From the NCBI GenBank assembly GCA_051362555.1, contig CM120641.1, positions 48,676,401 to 48,740,400 on the forward strand: a stretch of 64,000 bases of DNA, given 5' to 3'. The notes beneath the pieces are model-generated. The model saw only the letters and a list, made by a program, of their open reading frames with translations. It was not told the origin of the DNA and did not search any database. Source of the DNA: Lingula anatina. Taxonomy: Eukaryota > Animalia > Brachiopoda. This document shows, one piece after another, positions 43,101 to 53,549 of this stretch. The position numbers and the translations under genes are program-made. Each line of letters begins with the position of its first letter. Position 1 is the stretch's first letter.

Positions 43101-45736
43101 TAAATCTCTCTTTCAGCGCCGCGTAAAAAAACTAATACAAGCCATTAACTAAATAAGTTGTAAATCAAAGAGTAAAAACCGGTCACGTGATTTTCCCATG
43201 TTGCAGTCTTTGACAAGTTTCGGTTCTGCTTGTTTTAAGTTTTGCCTCTACAAAATGCTAAAAAATTTCAGGTAAGTGCTGGTATCATCTTTTTGAAATT
43301 TATATCCAGCAAAGTTTATGAAATTTGCTATATTATGTAGAAAAATCATGAAATTTGAAGGTTGCGAAGTATAGTTAATTTAATGCGCAATATTACATGA
43401 TGTGCACTGAGGCCATCCCTGCCATGTGCGTGTGCGGTCGCCATATTTATTATGTAAATTATGTTTTTTCTTACTATTTTTTCTTTGTAATGATATTATT
43501 AGTTATTAAAAGCATCACTATGCAAGTGTTTTGGCTCTGAAAATTAATCTATGCTATAAACTGACCTAAAATTGACACAATTAAAATAGTGAAAAGTGTT
43601 AAAATAAAAACGCTTTAGCAGGCAACTAACAATCTGCATCAATCATCTATAAAAACGTAGCATCTATTAAATGTTTAACTTTGAATTTTATCTTAACTTC
43701 TTTTTGAATTTTAGTTTGCTGTAATATTAAAACGTTTTTATTATAGGTAGGAGAAACATCCACAATATTTGCTCTTCTTTGTAATTGCACCATTTGGGGT
43801 TTTTCCATTCTCTTAACAACTTCCACTGACTCTTCTGTCAATAAAAAGGTCCATTTTTTTCAAGGTAATTAATCTTTTTAATTAGAAATCATGTTTTTAA
43901 ATTATATTATTTAAAAGTTATATATATTTTTTAATTATTTTTTTTAATTTTAATTTATTATTTTTTGTTGAGGTGTTGAATGTGACTGTAATATAAAAAA
44001 TACTACTGAATTGAAGTGTTCTGAAGCTTTGAATCTTATTTATTACAGGAGAAACATCCTCAAGAGTTGCTCTTCCTCCTGTCTGCACCATGCAGTTGGG
44101 GTTTTCCATTCTCTAACAACTCCCACTGACTCTGCTTGCTGTGGATACAATGGTCCACTACATGCTCATTCCAGAAGTCATTGTAGATATTGTTAGGGGT
44201 GACCTTGATATCCACTGATTTCATGTGATATGTCTAGTCTAAGTTAGGCTTCCATTTTCTTCTTTTTTTTTAATTTACTATATCTACAATATGTGAATAT
44301 GTCTGTATTTCACTTTATATTCTTATGTTAGCACTAGAGAAGAAGAGACTTTCTTGTATATTTCTTGACATAAGTCAGGATAGCCGTGAAATGTAAGTGG
44401 CATCTTCCCAAACTGGTCCGTAATTTTCCAAGTTTCAAGCATTTTTTGTGTGGCTGAGTACCAGCTGGGTATTTTGTCATTTTTCTCTTGATTGTACACC
44501 TGTTTAACAATTCTGGTGTCTAGTTATTTGTCTAGTCTTTTTGCAAAATTTTGTGTTAGTTTAACAACATCACAGTATATGAAGTATCTATCTAATTTTT
44601 GCACGACTTGCACTATTTTTTTTAGATCTTTTTTACAATAATTATCCAGTTTGTTAATTCATCATTGAAAACTTTCGTTATTTGATTACAGTAAGATAAT
44701 GGTATTATTTTTTAGCCTAAATTTAAGAAAGAAATGCTGTAGTTTGCTTGACATCTGATAAACTATGAAATAAATGTTGCAATATGAATTTATTCATATT
44801 ATCATTATGCACCTTACAAATAATAAATGTGTAAACAGTACATTAAGTTTTGTTGTTTATAAAAACATTAACCAAACTTTTTTCAATTTATTATTTTAAA
44901 TTTAACATGAATTGTCATGAAATTTTGGTGTAATTATTATGAATAATTTAGTTATTGGTTAGATTAAATAAAATTAATATAAATTTATAAAACTTGATGA
45001 ACAATGAATTATAATACAATATGAAATAAATAAGAAACCTAGATGTGAAAATTACCACAGGGAAATAGCTTTGCCCTGATTAGTCACAGGCTATGTGAGC
45101 CAGACAATAGGCTGAGCACACAAAGACACACACGGTGCTCTGCTGCGCCTGAGTGATCACTGCTGGTCAGTGGGCACAGGTTTTGAGCTGAGAAGTGTGG
45201 ACACTTTTGGTGGATTTTTGCAGTTAAAAAACTTCAATATCTTTGTTGCTTGTAGGAATATTTAAAAAATTCCAAATGATTTCATTCGGTTTTTGCATTA
45301 CCTTTCAGATGATATAAGTATTATAATTTTCTGATATACCTACCATGTGTAGTCCCAATGGAGCCGAAATTTAATGACTGTACCCCCGCAGGGACGATGG
45401 GGAGGCGTGTGAGAGGCGGAGAGACTATTAAAAGATTAGGCGGTCTTCCTTTATGTACGTCCGCCATATTTAGTGCCAGGATTTGTAAAGCCATGGCTCA
45501 ACTCGTTGTGAATGCGGTCTAAGTAACGATAATTTTAAGAGTAAGTGCAGCCGGCTAGATATAACATCAAAATAGCAGAGATACGCTACACCATATAAAA
45601 ACATACGGATAATGGACACAAGTATATATTGATGATCAGTCATCTTGAGAATTATACCTGATGATTGTGCCTGGTCTACGGCAGGAGAACGAAATAATGC
45701 CTTGCGAATGTTGTCTTGTACTTCTCCTTCTGCCAT
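37101..45736 (-). CDS. ANAPC16: Anaphase-promoting complex subunit 16 (85 aa, 3 exons)
   Basis: Exons 45736-45658, 37759-37685 and 37204-37101 (79+75+104 = 258 nt; both introns phase 1, GT-AG) give MAEGEVQDNIRKALFRSPAVDQAQSSDITDTLMSKLQIEQDVETSVRILHKEQHEQTLKQLRQKLKDLTKDDWRYQPVNQLIGLE*. RKALF and the C-terminal DDWRYQPVNQLIG match APC16 motifs as I recall them (human RKALF...DEWRFKPIEQLLG). Confidence 0.88.
37815..37990 (+). mobile_element. Non-LTR retrotransposon (LINE) ORF2 3'-end remnant
   Basis: Translates EHFILKCPHYSAIRQKYIKKFYY, the E-x-HF-x3-CP-x-Y-x3-R tail typical of invertebrate LINE ORF2 C-termini; no upstream RT domain. Confidence 0.65.
39074..41083 (+). CDS. Galactose-3-O-sulfotransferase family (GAL3ST-like) Golgi type II membrane protein, nested in ANAPC16 intron 1
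   Basis: Exon 39074-39173 (MMRKVKTCVLCITTVVILVLYWG, signal anchor) joins in phase 1 to 40017-41083; 5'-PAPS motif FLKVHKCGSTT, 3'-PAPS motif IVREPFSQFKSAF, and GAL3ST-like FDESLVLLGRKLCW and W..AD..LYDYF. Confidence 0.9.
42221..42298. repeat. 39-bp perfect tandem duplication
   Basis: gaaacctgtcaattagtttttgtgatgataatttaaatt x2. Confidence 0.9.
42619..42832. mobile_element. MITE with about 30-bp imperfect TIRs
   Basis: 5' ttccagagattagatcgatcta vs 3' tagatcgatctaaaatctctgggaa; TA-rich flanks. Confidence 0.7.
42862..42988 (+). repeat. About 125-bp element, left arm of an inverted pair
   Basis: Reverse complement of 45397-45522 with few mismatches. Confidence 0.9.
45397..45522 (-). repeat. About 125-bp element, right arm of an inverted pair
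   Basis: atggggaggcgtgtgagaggcggagag..cgccatatttag..gctcaactcgttgtgaatg is the reverse complement of 42862-42988. Confidence 0.9.
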
Positions 45737-46089
45737 CTTGATCACTGCGGGATTGAACATGACGGGAACACAAATAAAATCTATTTTTAATTATGTTATT
45801 GCACAAAAACTTTGACAATAAATTTTATAAACATGTAACTTCCAACTAAATGCTAGAATATCATATTAGTTGTTGTACATAAATATTAACTATGAGAAAT
45901 GAACCGAGACTAGTCTCCCCGTCAAGGTCAAGGCTACTTGGATTACTGATTTGAACAGGATTTGCTGACTTTATTTCTTGGTTCCTTTAGCAAGTTATAT
46001 ATGTGTTAATAACGCAATAATGTAAGATATTTTAATGTTGAGGATAAAGATAAAGCTGTTTTCTTGGTGGTGAAAACTACCGGCACAGA
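45737..46089. promoter_or_regulatory. Putative bidirectional promoter and 5' UTRs of ANAPC16 and ZDHHC6
   Basis: Only 353 bp separate the two divergent ATGs; YY1-like CAAGATGGC overlaps the ANAPC16 start. Confidence 0.65.
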
Positions 46090-49000
46090 ATGTCTTCCGA
46101 TGCTGATGTGCTCACAACTGTGAAACTGGAGACACCGACGATGAAGTATGATCCTCGGCATCGTGCCTCCAGCGAGGGAAGTCTAATGAGACTGGTCCAC
46201 TGGGGGCCCTTGATAGCCCTTTATATCATTTTCCATATATCACTCTCGGGGCTGTATTGTATACTGATGTGGTGGCCGCCGTTTACTGTAGGCGGGGCGA
46301 TACATCTCGCTGTTTATCTCTTTTGGTTATACTTGGTTCTTTATAATATGATCAGCGGCTCACTGAAGGGACCAGGATTTGTGCCTCTAGGTTGGAAACC
46401 TGTAAGTATGCATACAGCTGTTTTAACTGATTGACTTCACAACCTTGTAGAGAAAATTGTGTTTAATTATTACCATTGTGAAATGAACGGAACAGTAAAG
46501 TACTGATAGAACAAATCTAAAAATGCACCGCCAAAAATGTAATATTGTTTGTGCAGCATTGATAGTAAGTTGTAGAGCTGACAGGAACTTACGGTAAGAT
46601 GTACATTCTAGCATATGGCCCAAAGAATCCGACTTTTTAAAAGGTTTCTATTGCTGTGTTTTAATCAACTTGACCAAAATGATGTTTCTTTGAAATTGAT
46701 TAATTAATTTTGGTCGAACTGTTTGGCACATTACTGTATATAATCATTCATGGACTTAAAGAAATCAAGACCTCAGGATGTTGAGATAATTTCCTTAAAT
46801 GATTTTAAGTTGTGTTACACAACATTAAAGTAAATATACATGGAAAGAGAAAAATGCTGTCTGCCAGAGTTTGGCCATAGTCATTATATTGTTCAAGTTA
46901 TTATGATAAATTTACTGTAGACTCTACTTTTCCAGGACAACCCAGAAGACTTCAAAAACTTGCAATACTGTAGAATATGTGAAGGATACAAAGCACCAAG
47001 ATCTCATCATTGTAGAAAATGTAATAGGTAAACAATATACATCTTGCTAAAAGAAAATGAACTACATGTAGAGATAAATAATTGCAGGAATATACTGAAA
47101 TAATTTGGAATTTTAATGGTTTCATTTTTTCAAAGTCACATGTTGTCCCTCAAACATAGAGGAGTTATTTTGCAAGTATTGTAAAGTTCTTTGAAGAAAT
47201 GTTTTCTTGAAATTAAAGATTTTACTGTTTAAATTTTTTAAAACTAGATCTGACATTTACTATTTGTCCTGTTGTGCCATTGTCTTTTGGAACCATGTAT
47301 TAGTGATCATTTCTATGTGTTCCACTCAGGTGTGTCATGAAGATGGATCACCACTGTCCGTGGATTAACACCTGCTGTGGTCATTATAACCATGCCAGCT
47401 TTATCCAGTTCCTGTTCATAGCCCCAGTAGGTTGCTTCCATGCCGCGGTGGTGCTGATAGCCTCTGTCTACAGAGCTGTATATAGGGTAAGGAGATAAAT
47501 ATGGGTGGGGTGGGGGGTTTTGCAAAAAACTATGTTGAAACAAAATGTTGATTTTTCAATTTCTAGTTCACATTGTCTTTTTTCTGGCCATATTGGATGT
47601 GTGTGTATAATAATTTGGGCTTCAATAATAATTTGGGCTTCAGTGTTATAAGGGATATAAAATTGAGAAAAAATTATGTGCTGGCAAGAATATTTATTCT
47701 TTCTTTGCACAATTATCTTAATTTTAAAACTCCATTATTATTACAGATTTCTGTATTTACATTTTAATTTTGAAAATATCTATTAAATGTTATATTTAAT
47801 CTGAGTGTGGAGTTCATATTTGAATTTTTGAACCCATTTCAGCCTTATTATCTCTATTTTGGGGATGGCACAGAGCCCCTTGTAGAACTTGATGTTCTGG
47901 GATTCCTAGTCTGTATGTTTGGTATAGGACTGGCAATAGGTGTCATCATAGCAGTAGGCATGTTGTTTGTGGTGCAGGCAAGTAACAGTTTATTGCAGTA
48001 AGAAAACTCTTGTATTAAATTTACAATAATAGACATGCGACCCTGAAACAAAGACAACAAGTAGACTAAAGTTGATAAATAATGTACTGGAAGCATGTCC
48101 TGAGGACATTAATTTCTACATGTATATATTTTCAGTGGAATGGAAACTATACTTTATTTTATTGTAACAATGAAGGTGAAGCACATTTTGATAGAAATTG
48201 TGTTTTGTGTTATGAAAAATATTTTGTTTAAATTGTTTTATTGCCTTCCAGATGAAAAGTGTTTTCAGAAATGAAACTGGTATAGAAACCTGGATAAAAG
48301 ATAAGGTAAGAGTTTAACTGTATGGAGAGAAAATACAGGTTATCAATGCCACATAATACTTTCAAAAGATAGAAGCAAAAAACGTTTCCAAATATCAAAG
48401 TCAAAATTGAAATCCTCCATGTGGTGATAACCTGAAACCCTGTAGCTAAATAAAATGCTATTTTCACCATATGGCTTAAATGAAATATTCACTACAGAAA
48501 CCAATCAACACAAATTAATCTTTCCATTTCTTCATCCATTTACAGGCTTATTACAGAGACCGAGATGAAGAAGAAGAAGGGGAGTTTATATACCCCTATG
48601 ATTTAGGTCGCAAGAAGAATTTTTTCCAGGTGTTTAGTTGGTCAGGGTTTCCAGTGTCTGATGGAATATGGTGGGAAGTTAGAGAGGGTTGCGACCAGTA
48701 CACTCTTACGGTATGTTATACAATGGGTGCAAAGCTGTCTTACTTATATTTATGTTGTCGCTCACTCCTTGAATAAACTAAGATTGAGATCAGACTTCTT
48801 AATTTTTATGTACAGACACAGATGTGTCTGTACATATAGCCATCATCTGCGTCTGTCGTCGCCGTCGTCGCCGTCGTGCACTTTTACCGATAACACGATA
48901 AGTGGAACACCGTTTTTGCTTTTGGCTTGAAACTTACAGAACTGGTGAATATTCCTAATACGCAGGTCAAGTTCGAAAATCAGCATGATCGGGCCATTTT

Positions 49001-51494
49001 TAGGGAAGTTATGCTGTTTTTTCACTTTTTTCAGCATATATGCAGCACCGATAACACGATAAGTGGAAAACCATTTTACTTTTTGGCTTGAAACTTACAA
49101 AACTGATGAATATTCATAATCTGCAAGTCAAGTTCGAAAATCAGCATGATCGGGTCATTTTTAGGGCAGTTACGCTGTTTTTTCACTTTTCTTAGCATAT
49201 ATGCAACACCGATAACACGATAAGTGAAATAACATTTTACCTTTTGGCTTGAAACTAACAGAACTGATGGATATTCATAATACGCAGGTCAAGTTAGAAA
49301 ATCAGCATGATCGGGCCTTTATTTTAGAAGTTATGCTGTTTTTTCACATTTCCTCAGATTCAATTATTAGGCATGTTAACAGTCTCATTATTTAACTAAT
49401 AAGATACGTAAAAGTGTTTGTTTGATATTTCCTGCATCTTTACAACATTGTTAATTGATTGTGTAAAAATGATGGTAAACTTGTTATCGTGTATTGTGTA
49501 ATAAACTGTCAAAAATGGTAATAAACTCATCATTGCAGTTTGTCAGATTCAATCATCCACTATGTTCAGAATCTCAGAATGGAGGAAATTGGACATTAAA
49601 CACTGTTCTATTGATATTTTTCCCATCTCATCAATTTTCTTAGTTGGTCATATAAAATGGCAACAAACTGTTTATTTTGTTTTATGTTTAAAAAATGTTA
49701 AAAATGGAAATAAACCCATTTCAGAACAGTGCTGTCTTGTTTACATTTTGGCATTTTTAAGATGTGACTTTGCAATTTCATGAGCCTGCAGACCTTTGCT
49801 AATCACATTTTCTGAATATTCATGATACTAATATTTTATGATTAAAAATTGATGGTCATTATGCTGTTAAACATTATGTAATATTGCATCAAAACTTAAA
49901 GAAACCCCTATTTTGGGCACTGCTCCCATGATGACCATTTAAGAAAAACCATGTCACTTACTGTTTTCAAACTTACAGGAAAGAAACATAGGGCTAAAAT
50001 ACAGCTTCAGTAGGCAATGCAGTCTGTTTGGTAATTTTTTTCTGGCAGTTAAACAGTTTTTTGTGAAAATTTAATTTTTCACATATTGGCATTTTCAAGG
50101 TGTGACTTTGAAGTTCCATGAGCCTGCAGACCTTTGCTAGTCACGTTTTCTGAATGTTCATGTTACTAATATTCTATTATTAAAAATTGATGGTCATTAT
50201 GCTGTTAAACATTATGTAATATTGCATCAAAATTTGAAGAAACCCCTATTTTGGGCACTGCTCCCATGATGACCATTTAAGAAAAACCATGTCACTTACT
50301 GTTTTCAAACTTACAGGAAAGAAACATGGGGCTAAAATACAGCTTCAGTAGGCAATGCAGTCTGTTTGGTAATTTTTTCTGGCAGTTAAACAGTTTTTTG
50401 TGAAAATTTAATTTTTCACATATTGGCATTTTCAAGGTGTGACTTTGAAGTTCCATGATCCTGAAGACCTTTGCTTGTCACGTTTTCTGAATGTCCATGT
50501 TACTAATATTCTATTATTAAAAATTGATGGTCATTATGCTATTAAGCATTATGTAATATTGCATCAAAATAGAAGAAAACACAATTTTTGGTGCTGCTGC
50601 TATGATGAGCATTATGGGAAAACCGTGTTATGACTGTCAAACCTTTAAAAAAGAAACACAGGACTAAAATGCAGAATGAGTTGGAAAAGCAGTCTAATTG
50701 GCTTCTTTTTCTGGAAGTTATACATTTGAGTGAAATATTCATTATCTTTTTGGCATATTCATTGTGGGACTCCGAGCTCCCATGGACATGAAGCCGAATG
50801 GTAATCAAATTTTCTACATGTCCATGCTATTTATTGTCAATAATCAAAGATTGGTGATAATTATTCTATAATTTATTATGTAATGTTACATCAAAATTGA
50901 CAACAATATTTTTGCATTGCTACTGCAAACATTATGAAAAGAAAACTGTGTTACTTATTATTATTATTTTTAACTTACAAGTATGATTTTTAGGATTGGC
51001 ATGCAGTTCAAATTAGAAAGCCAGGTCAATTGGGTTATCATTTATTATTGAATTTATGCAATTTTGTGTGAAATTTTCATTTTTCTCATTCTGGCACTTT
51101 CTAAGTATAAACTTGAACTCTGATGGGCCTGAAGCCTTATGCTTTTACTTTCGTCGTTGTTACCTGTTGTGCATAATTAAAATTTGATGTTGACTGTGCA
51201 GTAAAACATAATGTATTATTGCATCAGAATTGGTAGTCTCCTATTTTGTGCATTATTGTTTTGTGCTTTTCTTAAGATGTGACTTATGGGCCTGAAAGAC
51301 CTTTGAGAGGGTCAGTCTGTTAATATTCCTTGGGTATCACGTAGCTAATTTCTGAGTTATAAAGTCATTTGCCTAATTGATAGGCCATTAAAGGAGATTA
51401 CATAAAGCACACTTGTTGATATTTCCTTGTAAACTCCAAAAAGTTAAGCTCTCTGCTAGATTAATAATAAGGAAGCAGTGATAATTATGCAGGT

Positions 51495-51547
<53 letters not shown>

Positions 51548-53549
51548 CAAAGATTAAAAGTTTGAATGGCAGCTTCATTGAAATTATATTTACCTCAGGC
51601 TCTGCCTAGGAGGTTATATTTTCACCCCTGTTTGTCTGTCATCAACATAACTCAAAAAGTTATGGACCGATTTTGCTGAAATTTTCAGGAACTGTCAGAA
51701 TTGGGCCAAAGAGGACAATGGTTAGTTTTTAGTGGTGGTCTGGCTCAATAATCAACAATAATCAACAATTGCTGCCTTGGCAGAGGTCTGCACTCTCGGT
51801 GGATTTCTAGTTTTGTAAGGTTTTCCTTTACAATTTTTTCTCAAACACTTGCATTTGTGACTTTTAACTCTCATCTGCTCGAGGCTCTGCACATTTTCTG
51901 TATTTCCACATAAGCAATTGTATTGTTTTTTATGTCTTTAAACATTATATAAAATTATTTTATGCACTGTCATCATTTTTCAAATATTGAGACTTTCATC
52001 ATGTGACTATAGTCTCTCATGGTCCTGAAACTGTAATCTTATTGAAGGGGTGGATTGAGACCATCTTCTGGGTCTTCTTGAAGACAGGTTATTAAGTTTA
52101 TATTGACTGGTATCTATTTTTTTTCTGTTGGAAGACCATCAAAATGGAGGATGGATCAACATAGATACTTTGGAATACTGTCAGAAAATATCTCAGGGTC
52201 CGCTCCTGTTATTGACCATGTTACCTGTTGTGCATGATTAAAATTCAGTGTTGACTGACAGTGCTATTATAAGCATTATTTATTATTGCATCAAAATTGA
52301 CAAAATGACCTTTTTTTGCATCTTTATTTTCTGTTTTTTGTCTGTACATTTGACAGCTTTGCTGCCTTGTTTAAATAAAAATAGCATAACCTAATGAGGC
52401 ATTTGAAGAAGGTCAATTTTTTTTCCTAAGTTTAATGTTAAAAAAAACTGATGTAAGACATTAATTGATGAAGGTGGAGCAGCTCAAACAGAAAGAAGAA
52501 AAACGTGAACGTGCTTTACCGTACGTGATCGTGGAAGACTACGCTGGTTCCATCTTTCCCATCTCTAAGGGCTGTCGAGTGTGCTGTAGTCCTCCCTGCT
52601 CAGATGAGCCAAGAATTCCTGTGAGGATAGGGGACAAAATCTCAGTAACTCGATGGAGAAAGTAAGTGATACAAAACAACACTGTTAATATAACTATGAG
52701 TAAAATTCTAATAGTCTAGTGGTGCATTAATGGCTTGAAAATTAGTTTTAAAAAAGGCAACTTAATGATATATTTATATTTTGTAATGGTTTTGGATAGA
52801 CTGGAATAATGTTGTAATATCAGCAAATAATGAAGACATCTCTGCTGTTCACTTATAAAGATGTTAAATAAATAACATTGGAAAATTTATTGTACTCTTT
52901 GTGTATATATTTGATAAATATATATATATTTTTTAAATTCGATATTCCAGACACTGGATGTATGGAGACAAAGTGCTGTCTGATGAAGAAGCCAAAGGTA
53001 AGAAATATTTATACAAAAGTAGTAAGGATTTTCTTTTTTGCTTTTAATTGAACTTTTATTAAAAAGAGGCTTGGTTTTAAATGACAGGTGAAATGGGGTT
53101 ATTGAGTAAGGCTTCGTTCACATGGAAAGTCTATTTTCTAAAAATCTATTTTCTATTCGTGGTATCTTGTAATCACGGTCTGTGCCCTGAATACCCCGTG
53201 GCGTAATTACTGGCAGCGCGAGCCAGTTACTTCCAAAGCTGTAATTAATTCTTGGCTGCACTCGGAGTGATCACAAGATACCGCGAATAGAAAATAGATA
53301 TCTAGGAAATAGACTTTCCATGTGAACGGAGTCTTAGTCATGTAAAAGTAGAGAAGCCCAGTAAATCATGAAGCTTGAGATTTTAATTTTAAAAAAATGC
53401 ACAAGTCCATGTAATATATTTCATTTTTTACAGGAAAGAACCGTGTCCGGGGCTGGTTCCCAAAGAGATGTGCACGACACGACCCTCAGGATGGAATCTA
53501 CCTGACCAAAAACCACGATAGCCCCAAGAATGACAAAAAATATGACTAA
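46090..53549 (+). CDS. ZDHHC6: Palmitoyltransferase ZDHHC6
   Basis: Exons 46090-46401, 46936-47027, 47330-47486, 47843-47977, 48252-48305, 48546-48710, 52474-52661, 52951-52997, 53434-53549. RLVHWGP N-terminus, KAPRSHHC and CVMKMDHHCPW Cys-rich domain, YPYDLG motif, C-terminal SH3-like domain (CCSPPCSDEPR..GWFP) and KKxx ER-retrieval end (KKYD*). Confidence 0.95.
48845..49355. repeat. Three tandem 161-bp units preceded by a (GTC/GCC)n head; Helentron/HINE-like repeat
   Basis: ccgataacacgataagt at 48887, 49048 and 49209; head gtctgtcgtcgccgtcgtcg. Confidence 0.8.
49745..50760. repeat. Tandem 337-bp units (about 3 copies, with further decayed copies to about 52300)
   Basis: ttggcattt..aag.tgtgactttg at 49749, 50086 and 50423. 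Confidence 0.88.
51499..51544. repeat. (AT)n microsatellite
   Basis: Direct reading. Confidence 0.95.
51589..51812 (+). mobile_element. Non-autonomous Helentron/DINE-1-like (HINE) element
   Basis: Subterminal inverted repeats ctctgcctagg...ccttggcagag, gtttgtctgtc microsatellite remnant, ctcaaaaagttatggaccgatttt core, 3' end ttctagtt in T-rich context. Confidence 0.7.
52046..52208. mobile_element. Dispersed short repeat/MITE, copy 3 of 3
   Basis: aggggtgga...tccgctcctg inverted ends; core shared with the 8755 and 13116 copies. Confidence 0.8.
53109..53334. mobile_element. Palindromic MITE with about 65-bp TIRs
   Basis: ggcttcgttcacatggaaagtctattt..ggtatcttgt vs acaagatacc..aaatagactttccatgtgaacggagtc; TA on both flanks. 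Confidence 0.88.

Noticed and set aside
44056-44500. Minus-strand short ORFs (VYNQEKNDK.., MKSVDIKVTPNN..) as extra ANAPC16 exons
   Set aside because: Phase is incompatible with exon 1, no recognisable homology, and ANAPC16 is complete without them
45055-45205. Possible H/ACA snoRNA or extra ANAPC16 exon (short hairpins, ACA near the end)
   Set aside because: Hairpins are short and the box spacing is unconvincing; as an exon it has stops in all frames; needs an Rfam scan
45470-45760. VTI1A as the divergent partner of ZDHHC6
   Set aside because: The translation does not resemble VTI1A; it splices into an APC16-like protein
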